From Halorhodospira halophila SL1 (GTDB lineage Bacteria > Pseudomonadota > Gammaproteobacteria > Nitrococcales > Halorhodospiraceae), in contig NC_008789.1 of assembly GCF_000015585.1 (NCBI RefSeq), positions 1,710,001 through 1,742,000 of the forward strand: a DNA stretch of 32,000 nt. Direction: 5' to 3'. The position numbers and the translations under genes were made by a program. Within the stretch, counting starts at the first letter, position 1; each line of letters begins with the position of its first letter. A model generated the notes under the pieces. It ran no database searches. It was given only the letters and a program-made list of their open reading frames with translations, and was not told where the DNA came from. Positions 1-7,468 of this stretch are shown here, one piece after another.

Positions 1-617
1 ACCCCACTTCCCGGAACGTACTCCTGGACCATCCACTCGGTACCCCACGCGCTGTGGGCGTTCAGAAAATCCTGCAGCTCGCTGTGTCGATTAAAATAGC
101 GGATGCGTACCGGACTGGGCCTGCCACGATCTGAGGGTTTAACCACAACCGGGAAATGCAGATTTTCAATCCAGCTCTCTGGCTCTTCATCGGCGCGAAT
201 GTAAAGGGTCCGCGGCATAGGCACCCCGAGACGCTCGGCTACAGCTAGGGTTCCCGACTTATCCAGAACGCTTCGCGCCCGCTCTTTGTCCGGGTACATG
301 CGCAGAATGCGCTCACCGAGTACGTCATCACAAGCCGCTAAAGCGCTAAGAGCACCATCGCCGACTGGCACTACGGTATCGATACCGTAGCGATCAACAG
401 CCCCAAGGAGGCTCTCACAGAAAGCATCAAGCGAGTCATCTGGATGCTCGAGCGTCAGATATCCTTCGAGGGCTTTCGTTTTGATTGACGCTCCCTCGCC
501 GGAAAAACAAGCCCCATAGACTGGGATTCCCTTGCCACTCAGACAACGCGCGACGGGCACCACAATCCGCGGGAAATGCCCCAGCAGCAGGGTGGCAGGC
601 GGTCTGTCAATCTTCAT
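1..617 (-). CDS. ATP-grasp family ligase, N-terminal ~205 codons (3' end runs off the left edge)
   Basis: Absent from the ORF track because it is open at the window edge. Hand translation from ATG 617..615 gives MKIDRPPATLLLGHFPRIVVPVARCLSGKGIPVYGA...LHFPVVVKPSDRG...WMVQEYVPGSG with no stop. It is colinear with, and clearly paralogous to, the N-terminus of the 4117..6204 protein (MKPPVASTLILGACPRIVVPIGHCLRQRGIPVVAG...FPFPVIIKPADK...WLIQEHVSGYG). The ATG abuts the upstream stop (TGAATG). Confidence 0.7.
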   Translation of the reverse strand, partial: MKIDRPPATLLLGHFPRIVVPVARCLSGKGIPVYGACFSGEGASIKTKALEGYLTLEHPDDSLDAFCESLLGAVDRYGIDTVVPVGDGALSALAACDDVLGERILRMYPDKERARSVLDKSGTLAVAERLGVPMPRTLYIRADEEPESWIENLHFPVVVKPSDRGRPSPVRIRYFNRHSELQDFLNAHSAWGTEWMVQEYVPGSG

Positions 618-1532
618 TCAGCACCCATCACGACGGCTCGCTTCAAGCCACTGCAGCGTCCATTCCGCCACCTGATTGCGCCAGACGGCACGAGAGAAGG
701 TGTGATCCGCTCCCTCCAGGCGGCGGGTAGTAACTCGTTCCTGATCAAGCAGCCCAAGCCACGAGTCGTTTCGTGTCGCCGTATCGACAAACTCGGCCGC
801 AGTCAGGTCGTCTCCGCTAAGCACGAGCAGGATCGGCCCGTCGAAGCGGCGCCAGCCGGCTGCCATGCGCACCGGGAGAGGATCCCCAGGGGCCAAACCT
901 GCTGACTGACCCTCCGGCCAATGGCCACGCCGCGCATTCGCCCGCAGGACAACAGCTACCTTTTCCATTAGCCCGCGGGCAGATCTCGTCAGACTGAGTC
1001 GCCCCGTGAGGAGGCGCATCCAGAAGTCCCCACTGAACAGTTGCCGCCAGTAGTAGTGGCGCAGATAAGCACTGGCAATCCCGGCCTCAGTGCGCACCCA
1101 AGGATTGAGGAGCACAAGCCCGCTGATTCGGCGATCCTGCGACGCATAGAGCAATGCCGCGGAGGCCGCATCACACAACCCCCAAACCACAACCTCGCGA
1201 ACCGCTGGAGTAAGCCGCTGAAACTCATCGATCGCGCAGCCGATATCCGTCTCTACAGCGTCGTAGCCGCGCTGCTCGCCACCCGCATCTCCCATGCCTC
1301 GATAGTCAAAACGAAAGACCGGAACCCCGTGCTCCGCTAGGTAGCGGGCGAGCAGGAGAAACTGTCGGTGACTACCGATCCGATACTGCGGACCACCGAC
1401 GACCAACAGAAGACCACGCTCAGCGCTTTGCAACGGGCGGTGGAGGATGCCGGGCAACTCTTCCCCTTCAATGCGGAAGACGGTCGCCTCCTCCAGTGCC
1501 TCAGCACAGGCTAGCCGTGTTGCACTTGCCAT
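618..1532 (-). CDS. alpha/beta hydrolase, exosortase A (PEP-CTERM/EpsH) system-associated hydrolase 1 type
   Basis: 304 aa. The string LLVVGGPQYRIGSHRQFLLLARYLAEHGVPVFRFDYRGMGD...VVVWGLCDAASAALLYA...LLNPWVRTE matches my recollection of the hydr1_PEP family (TIGR03100). Nucleophile elbow is G-L-C-D-A (Cys120, codon 1175..1173), and a GADHTF His motif lies near the C-terminus. GAGGAAA RBS precedes the ATG. The gene overlaps the upstream gene by 22 nt. Confidence 0.8.
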   Translation of the reverse strand: MASATRLACAEALEEATVFRIEGEELPGILHRPLQSAERGLLLVVGGPQYRIGSHRQFLLLARYLAEHGVPVFRFDYRGMGDAGGEQRGYDAVETDIGCAIDEFQRLTPAVREVVVWGLCDAASAALLYASQDRRISGLVLLNPWVRTEAGIASAYLRHYYWRQLFSGDFWMRLLTGRLSLTRSARGLMEKVAVVLRANARRGHWPEGQSAGLAPGDPLPVRMAAGWRRFDGPILLVLSGDDLTAAEFVDTATRNDSWLGLLDQERVTTRRLEGADHTFSRAVWRNQVAEWTLQWLEASRRDGC

Positions 1533-2329
1533 CGCGTGGTTTCCTCAATCAAGGCAGGTGCCGTACCAATCTCCTGGGTTGCCCAAAACGGCTCCCCGGG
1601 GAGGGCTTGTGCCTCCACCCGCACTTCTTGACTGCGCCAGCCCTGAACGATCCGCTGGCTAGCCGGAGAGAGCGAAGCCCCGCTTCCCTCCTCCTCACTA
1701 GAGCCGGACACCTCCAACCACAGAACTGAATCAGCCGGCGGCTGAAGGCGCGCACGATTAAGGGCTGCAGCTAACTGCGGGTGCAGAGTGTAGCCGGCAA
1801 TCTCCAGGGGCTCGCCCTGTTCCAACCGCTCTCGCAACGCTCGCGTAGTCTCGGCCGCCTCGCCGTTGAGCATGCCAGAAGCCATCCTCAGGCGTAAGAA
1901 TTGAGTCAAAAAGTGCTGACCATTGACCACCGGCTGCCAGAGTATGACGCCCCGCAGCGAAAAAGGCAGCCGTTCGGCCAAGTCAACCGCCAGCAGACAT
2001 CCCGCGCGCAAGCCCCATAAGGTTACCGGCCCTGGGTAGCAGTCCATGACCTCAGAAAGGCCGTCGGCCAAGTCGTCGACCCATAGTTCCCAACGACCGT
2101 CGGCGAAGTCACCGCCGCTATCACCGCAGCCGTAACAATCAGGCACAAGCACCGCCCACCCCTCGCGAGCCAGGGCGCGGGCTTGTTGCGCGATCATGCG
2201 CCGCGATTTGTTCAGCTCTTCCGCGAACGGCGGAGTGTGGAGAACAACCCCGCGAGGCTGGCGATCTTGAGGCAGAAACAAAACCTCGAAGAGGGAGCCC
2301 TGGCGACCCGCCCGAAACCTAGGGTGCAT
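1511..2329 (-). CDS. alpha/beta-fold protein, exosortase A system-associated hydrolase 2 type
   Basis: PPFAEELNKSRRMIAQQARALA...DCYGCGDSGGDF...VTLWGLRAGCLLAVDLA...LWQPVVNG..FLTQFLRLR...PFWATQEI matches my recollection of hydr2_PEP (TIGR03101). The track ORF starts at TTG 2365. ATG 2329 (MHPRF...) avoids overlap with the ACP gene; ATG 2359 is an alternative. Confidence 0.78.
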   Translation of the reverse strand: MHPRFRAGRQGSLFEVLFLPQDRQPRGVVLHTPPFAEELNKSRRMIAQQARALAREGWAVLVPDCYGCGDSGGDFADGRWELWVDDLADGLSEVMDCYPGPVTLWGLRAGCLLAVDLAERLPFSLRGVILWQPVVNGQHFLTQFLRLRMASGMLNGEAAETTRALRERLEQGEPLEIAGYTLHPQLAAALNRARLQPPADSVLWLEVSGSSEEEGSGASLSPASQRIVQGWRSQEVRVEAQALPGEPFWATQEIGTAPALIEETTRWQVQHG

Positions 2330-2336
2330 TGCCGCA

Positions 2337-2591
2337 CTAGAGTTCGTTGATCTTCCCATCAACAAAGTCTGCCAAGCTACCTAAAGTGGCGAAGGTCTCA
2401 CCACTGACCTCGTCATCCTCAATGATGAAACCAAAGCGCTCCTCGCAGGCCGTAAGCACTGAGACAACCGCCATGGAATCCAACTCCGGCAACGCTCCCA
2501 ACAGCGCGGTGTCACGATCAAAACGCTTAGCACGCCCACCTAAGCTTAGCGTAGCGTCCAAGATCCCTTTGACTTCCTCAATACTCGACAT
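2337..2591 (-). CDS. acyl carrier protein (dedicated, EPS-cassette associated)
   Basis: 84 aa from ATG 2591, with GGAG 5 nt upstream; the track ORF begins at TTG 2612. Phosphopantetheine attachment context is LGALPELDSMAVVSVL, on an acidic four-helix-sized protein. Confidence 0.8.
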   Translation of the reverse strand: MSSIEEVKGILDATLSLGGRAKRFDRDTALLGALPELDSMAVVSVLTACEERFGFIIEDDEVSGETFATLGSLADFVDGKINEL

Positions 2592-2915
2592 GCGAACTCC
2601 ACTCTCCATCAATTCGTTCCGGCAAACCCCAAGCTGTTCAGGGACACTTTAAGCCAAGCGTAGCATCCTCAAGCACCCTGCTCGGGCTTGAAGGACGTCT
2701 ACCAGACACCAAGCGGGCCAACGCGATCTCGCGGTCGCCTGGAGCGCAGCTCAAGAGTGACTACACTGAGGGCACCAGACGCGAGGATAGGCTCTCGGTC
2801 GCGCCGCAGCCAGCACCTTGAACGCGTTGCGGTCGGATCGACGACTCAAGGAAGGACGTATTGGCGAACATGACCATGTTCTTTTACCGAGATAGGCAGC
2901 TAGCAGCCGCCAGGT

Positions 2916-2930
2916 TGGCACCCCGCTTCC
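2916..2930 (+). promoter_or_regulatory. candidate sigma-54 (-24/-12) promoter for the GT4 / ATP-grasp-PTP operon
   Basis: TGGCAC-CCCGC-TTCC versus consensus TGGCAC-N5-TTGC. Spacing is correct and the -24 element is perfect, but the -12 GC reads CC. It lies 68 nt upstream of ATG 2998. Confidence 0.3.
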
Positions 2931-2997
2931 ATGTAACCAGGTCTCTTCGGCCTTCTTCAGTATCCTGCCTAACCGCACAAGGGACGGTCCCCTCGGC

Positions 2998-4083
2998 ATG
3001 AGGATCCTGTTTGTCTCCACGCTCAGTCACATCCCACAGCGAGCGAGCGGGGCCAATAGCTCAACCGATCAGCTCTGCCGCGGACTCTCATCGAGGGGGC
3101 ACCACGTGGCTGTCCTATCGAGTCTGAGAGGTGGAGACCGACTCGCTTGGTGGAACCGCCTACGGCACCACCTGACACCGGGGCAGAACCTCCCACCGGA
3201 CCGGGCATGCGGCTACCTGACCTACCGCGGTTATGCTCCCCTGAAAGATCTCGATGAGGCCTTGGGTGACTTCCGGCCCGACATTGCCGTTGCTGATGTC
3301 GGAAAGACCAGCCGTATCGCTGAAGCGCTACGGGCGCGCAGAGTCCCCACAGTGGCCTATCTACGCGACCTGGAACCGGAGACGTTCTCGGATCACCCCG
3401 TCACTGATCCACAGGTGAGCTTCATCGCCAATTCTCAGTTCACTGCCTCAGCCTATGCACAGCACCGCGACCTCCAGTGTCAGATTATCCGCCCGCTGGT
3501 TCACCCGGAGTATTACCGCGTGAATTCAACGCGCGAAGTCGCACTCCACATCAACCCCTCCCCGAAGAAAGGCATCGACATCACGCTGAATCTGGCCGAG
3601 GCTCGCCTGGACATCCCGTTCCTGCTGGTCGAAACCTGGAGTCTGGCGCGCGAGCTGCGCGAGCACTACCGCCGCCGTGCCGCCGAATTGCCCAACGTGC
3701 GTGTCGTCCCGACTCAAAGGGATATGCGAGCCTATTACGGGCGCACCCGGGTCGTCCTGGCGCCGAGTATCTGGCCGGAGACTTGGGGTCGCATTGCTAC
3801 AGAGGCTCATATCAGCGGCATCCCGGTCTTGGCCAGCACACGCGGCGGCCTGCCCGAGTCGGTGGGTCCGGGCGGAACGCTGCTGGATCCCGAAGCGCCT
3901 TTGGAGCAGTGGGTCGAGGCCCTCGGCAGGCTTTGGGACGATAGGACGGTCTACGCAAGGCTAAGCCGTGCCGCCCTGGACCACGCCGACCGGCCGGAGA
4001 TTCACCCCAAACGGGTTTTGGATGACTTTTCAGGCGTTCTCGAACAAACCCGCGCGATGGCCACAGCGTCGACTCCCGCCTAA
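2998..4083 (+). CDS. glycosyltransferase family 4 (GT-B, retaining)
   Basis: 361 aa. C-terminal E-x7-E signature ETWGRIATEAHISGIPVLASTRGGLPESVGPGG is typical of GT4/GT1 sugar transferases. Confidence 0.85.
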   Translation: MRILFVSTLSHIPQRASGANSSTDQLCRGLSSRGHHVAVLSSLRGGDRLAWWNRLRHHLTPGQNLPPDRACGYLTYRGYAPLKDLDEALGDFRPDIAVADVGKTSRIAEALRARRVPTVAYLRDLEPETFSDHPVTDPQVSFIANSQFTASAYAQHRDLQCQIIRPLVHPEYYRVNSTREVALHINPSPKKGIDITLNLAEARLDIPFLLVETWSLARELREHYRRRAAELPNVRVVPTQRDMRAYYGRTRVVLAPSIWPETWGRIATEAHISGIPVLASTRGGLPESVGPGGTLLDPEAPLEQWVEALGRLWDDRTVYARLSRAALDHADRPEIHPKRVLDDFSGVLEQTRAMATASTPA

Positions 4084-4116
4084 GCCACGGCCACGGGGCA
4101 AAGGAGCACCCCAAGG

Positions 4117-6204
4117 ATGAAACCGCCCGTCGCTTCCACGCTGATCCTCGGCGCCTGCCCACGCATTGTCGTCCCGATCGGGCACTGCCTGCGCCAGCGC
4201 GGGATTCCCGTCGTGGCCGGCTCACTGTTGCCAGGCAGACCGGCCATCCGCAGCCGCACCCTGCGCGAGTTTCGGCGGCTTACGCCACCCTCGCTGTGCC
4301 AGGACACGTTCCGGGAGGAGTTGAATCGGCTGATCGTCGACCACAACGTCGACACCCTGATCCCCACCGGCGACGAGGTGCTGACCGCGCTGGCCCGCGA
4401 AGAAGCCTTTTGGCGCCAGCGCCTCCACGTCTGCAGCCCCCGCTGGGCGGTCGCCCGGCAGGCCCTGGACAAGGCAGAGATTGCACGGCTGGCCGAGGAA
4501 CGTGGCATGGCGTGTCCGCGCAGCCTGCTCGTCCGTCGGTCCGAGGATATCGAGCACCTGCCCAATGACTTCCCCTTCCCGGTCATCATCAAGCCCGCTG
4601 ACAAAACTCGGAGCAACCAGCTGCGCCTGCGCAGCTTCGACGAACCGAGCGCCCTCAAACGCTTCGTTGCCCGATACGCCCGGGCGGAGGAGCCGTGGCT
4701 GATCCAAGAGCACGTTAGCGGTTACGGCTTGGGGATCGCGGCGTTGATGCACGACGGCGAGCCGCTGACCCTGTTCCAGCACAGCCGGCTTAAGGAGTAC
4801 CCGATCACCGGCGGGGTGGCCACACGCTGTGTTGCCCAACCGGTCGATCCCGGGCTTCGAGAGCAGACGATTGAACTGCTGGGCGCCCTCCGTTGGCAGG
4901 GCATAGCCATGGTCGAGTACCGCTACAATCCGATGACCGACCGCAACGTGCTTATTGAAGTCAACGGCCACTACCAGGAGTCCGTGGCCCTCCCGCTCCA
5001 TTGCGGGGTCAACCTGCCCTGGTACGAGTGGCAGCTCGCTCACGGGCAACACCCGCAGCCTGCGGGTTACCGGCCAGGGCGACGGCTGCGGTGGCTGGCC
5101 GGGGATCTGCAGCGCCTGCCGGAGGCCGCGGGGGCAGTCGTCGCCGGGGAGATTCCGATCCGGCAGGCGGCCCACGATACCCTCACCCTCTTCACCGACT
5201 TCCTGGCGCCCTGCACCCACGATGCCCTATGGCGATTCCGAGATCCGCTCCCCGCGCTGGACGAGCTCAACCGGGCCTTACGCCAGGTCGGCACCAAGGT
5301 GTTGCGGAAATTCGGCAAGCTGACCCTGCCGCAGCGCGGGTACCAGTCCTTGGACCGGATGATTGCCCTCGGGCCGCGCGGAGCGTGGCAATACGGGCGG
5401 CTAAGCCGCAGCAGTCCACCGACCCCGCCGGAGCCACAAGAGCTACGAAAGGTACGCACGATCCTGTTCATCTGCCACGGCAATATCGCCCGGAGTGCCA
5501 TGAGCGCTGCATGGCTGCGCAGCGCGCTGCAGGAGCGGGGCGCGGAGCACGTGACAGTGGAATCAGCCGGGGTCTCAGCATCGGATGGCAAGGGCGCCGA
5601 TCCGGATGCCGCCGGGGCAGCGCCCTGCTTTGGCATCTCGCTTGAGTCCCACCGGGCCCGTCGCGTCACCGCCGCCCATGTGGCTGCGACCGACGCCATC
5701 TTCGTGATGGACTACCTGAACTGGGTGCGCCTCATGCGGCACTTCCCGGAGGCGAACGGGAAGACCTGGCTACTCGGCAGCCTGGACCCGGAGGCAGGTC
5801 GTTTGGCCGAGTACGGAGCGGAAATCCGCGACCCCTATGGGCAAGGTAGGCGCCAGACCGAGGCCTGCTTCTTGCAAATCGTCGCCTGCCTGCAGGAACT
5901 GCTCCGACATCTAACGGGCTCAGAACAGACTAAGCCCTCCCCTCCGTTAAGAGATGTCCCCCCCCACCTCTTACTAGCGCGCCCTCTTAACGCCGCCCCG
6001 ATTCGCGAACCCGGAACCCGTCACCGTCCGGCTCGGCGTACTGCGCAAGCCAATCGCGTAACGCCGGGTCGGCACCTTCGCGGGTCGTCACCGTGGCATC
6101 GAGATGGTAGCTGCCGTCTCGCGAGACCTGCCATTGGCCGTCCAGTGCGACGGGGCCGCCCTGGTCGTGGACCTCTCCGTAGGCACGGTTGTCCGAGCTG
6201 CTGA
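4117..6204 (+). CDS. ATP-grasp ligase fused to a C-terminal low-molecular-weight protein-tyrosine phosphatase (Wzb-like) domain; 3' end uncertain
   Basis: Residues ~1-400 are the ATP-grasp part (FPVIIKPADK, WLIQEHVSGYG, MVEYRY..., LIEVNGHYQES). A Pro-rich linker (SSPPTPPEPQ) follows. The LMW-PTP P-loop is C-H-G-N-I-A-R-S (Cys453, TGC 5473..5475) and the general-acid loop is IRDPYG (Asp572, 5830..5832). AAGGAG RBS at 4100..4105. The last ~80-95 codons are Arg/Pro-rich with atypical A/T-ending codons and overlap the convergent gene by 218 nt. Confidence 0.75.
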   Translation: MKPPVASTLILGACPRIVVPIGHCLRQRGIPVVAGSLLPGRPAIRSRTLREFRRLTPPSLCQDTFREELNRLIVDHNVDTLIPTGDEVLTALAREEAFWRQRLHVCSPRWAVARQALDKAEIARLAEERGMACPRSLLVRRSEDIEHLPNDFPFPVIIKPADKTRSNQLRLRSFDEPSALKRFVARYARAEEPWLIQEHVSGYGLGIAALMHDGEPLTLFQHSRLKEYPITGGVATRCVAQPVDPGLREQTIELLGALRWQGIAMVEYRYNPMTDRNVLIEVNGHYQESVALPLHCGVNLPWYEWQLAHGQHPQPAGYRPGRRLRWLAGDLQRLPEAAGAVVAGEIPIRQAAHDTLTLFTDFLAPCTHDALWRFRDPLPALDELNRALRQVGTKVLRKFGKLTLPQRGYQSLDRMIALGPRGAWQYGRLSRSSPPTPPEPQELRKVRTILFICHGNIARSAMSAAWLRSALQERGAEHVTVESAGVSASDGKGADPDAAGAAPCFGISLESHRARRVTAAHVAATDAIFVMDYLNWVRLMRHFPEANGKTWLLGSLDPEAGRLAEYGAEIRDPYGQGRRQTEACFLQIVACLQELLRHLTGSEQTKPSPPLRDVPPHLLLARPLNAAPIREPGTRHRPARRTAQANRVTPGRHLRGSSPWHRDGSCRLARPAIGRPVRRGRPGRGPLRRHGCPSC

Positions 6205-6775
6205 CCGACGACACCACACTGCCCAGATCCAACCGTTCGCCTTCGTGGGTGACAGTCAAATCACGGCCTGTGACGCGCCCCTCAACCGACCGGAGCTCGC
6301 CGTCGTTGCTCAAGGACAGGCGATCGATCTGGTAGGCGACCGTACCGCTAACCGGCGGCAGTTCGACCCCGCGCTGGCTTGCCATCTGGCGCAGGCGATC
6401 CATAGAGACCTCGCCGCTCCCCTCAGAGACTTGCCAGCCGCCAGCCGAGCGAGTGGCCACCCCCTGGAAACGGGCGTCGTCGAGACTACCGTCCAGGTCC
6501 ACCTTCAGCCGACCAGCGACCAGGGAGCGACCCTGAACCTCCCAGGCGACATCCAGGGTGCCGGGGTCCACCCCCCAGAGCCGGGGGATTTCAAGCCGCT
6601 GCACCCGTCCTGCGCGCAAGCTGCCCTCCACCTCCGCTCTGCCCCAGGCAGCCGGAACCGGGAGGTGGCGTTCGGCGGCGTTCCAGGCTGACCCCGCGGG
6701 GATATGGCCGACGGCGTAGACGGTCCCGGCGACCAGACCCAAGAGAAGCAGCACCGTGATGACAAGCTTTCTCAT
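5987..6775 (-). CDS. GspN-like (type II secretion protein N family) membrane-anchored periplasmic protein, orphan
   Basis: 262 aa with an N-terminal TM anchor (MRKLVITVLLLLGLVAGTVYAV). The overall pattern and the C-terminal LRDWLAQYAEPDGDGFRVRESGRR resemble GspN/EpsN proteins as I remember them (W-L...G...SGR ending). No other gsp genes are nearby. Confidence 0.5.
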   Translation of the reverse strand: MRKLVITVLLLLGLVAGTVYAVGHIPAGSAWNAAERHLPVPAAWGRAEVEGSLRAGRVQRLEIPRLWGVDPGTLDVAWEVQGRSLVAGRLKVDLDGSLDDARFQGVATRSAGGWQVSEGSGEVSMDRLRQMASQRGVELPPVSGTVAYQIDRLSLSNDGELRSVEGRVTGRDLTVTHEGERLDLGSVVSSVSSSDNRAYGEVHDQGGPVALDGQWQVSRDGSYHLDATVTTREGADPALRDWLAQYAEPDGDGFRVRESGRR

Positions 6776-6841
6776 GCGCTCTGACCTGCTGGTTCGTTGA
6801 AGGCGGCGGCGCGCCGATCGATACCCCGCCGCAGGGGTCGA

Positions 6842-7381
6842 TCAAGGCCGGAGCAGTTCCATCAGCCGCTCCTGCCGGGTCGCCACGGCTTCTCGATCGG
6901 CATCGGGCACCGAAGCGAGGAAGTCCGTCACCCGCTCCCGCTGCGCCTTGATGTCGGCAATGATTTCGCCCTTGGCGGCATCGCCGAGATGCGGATTCTC
7001 CTCGATCTGCTCGATGGCCCCCTCCAACTGGGCTTGTAATTCCCGCGGGTCGCCGGCCTCCAAAGCGATCAGCGCGCGGTAGATCCGCGCGCCCTCTTCC
7101 GCCCAGGCCGCAGCCCCTTCATAGCCGTATAGTTCGAGCGCTGACGCCGGATCTTCCAGCGTCTTGGCTGCCTCTCGGAAAGCCGTCTCGCTCTTGCCCA
7201 CACCGCGCAGCTCACTCGCCGGGTGCCAATCTTCCATGCCCTGCTCCGCCGCGTGGTCATGCAGGGCGCCGACGGCCTCCTGCCACTGCTCGACTCGCTC
7301 GGGGGTCAGGGCCAGCGCCATCCCGGGCACGAGCCCCCCGAGCAATGTCAGCGCGGTCACCAAAGCGCAGCGGTTGCCCAT
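6842..7381 (-). CDS. secreted hypothetical protein (predicted all-helical, acidic)
   Basis: 179 aa from ATG 7381, with GGAG 7 nt upstream; the track ORF starts at TTG 7387. Signal peptide ALVTALTLLGGLVPGMALA|L. Strong G/C third-position bias. No family recognised. Confidence 0.6.
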   Translation of the reverse strand: MGNRCALVTALTLLGGLVPGMALALTPERVEQWQEAVGALHDHAAEQGMEDWHPASELRGVGKSETAFREAAKTLEDPASALELYGYEGAAAWAEEGARIYRALIALEAGDPRELQAQLEGAIEQIEENPHLGDAAKGEIIADIKAQRERVTDFLASVPDADREAVATRQERLMELLRP

Positions 7382-7468
7382 AGGCAAACTCCAGTCATTT
7401 GCATGTTTCGGCCGGAGGGTATCAGCCTACGCAGCCTGCCGCTCGGGAGCATGTGTGGGCCAATGGAT

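Noticed and set aside
1-480. Apparent lower G+C of the left-edge ATP-grasp gene
   Set aside because: My hand count gives 273/480, about 57 percent. Hand counts of core genes give similar local values: htpG 20161..20280 is 76/120, about 63 percent, and single glnA lines range from 57 to 72 percent. The difference is too small and under-sampled to call horizontal transfer without a proper sliding-window calculation.
4222-5220. 332-aa minus-strand ORF inside the ATP-grasp gene. Similar long shadow ORFs occur at 7223..8101, 11966..12895, 11998..12702, 12913..13665, 16990..17673, 23281..24681, 25257..26165 and 26520..27290.
   Set aside because: All lie antisense to, or out of frame with, genes that have clear family signatures. 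Their translations are Arg/Pro/Gly-rich, as expected from stop-codon depletion in GC-rich DNA.
7448-7462. Sigma-54-like TGGCCCACACATGCT on the minus strand upstream of the 179-aa secreted protein gene
   Set aside because: The GG-to-GC spacing is one nucleotide short of the invariant -24/-12 spacing, and the -24 element is degenerate.
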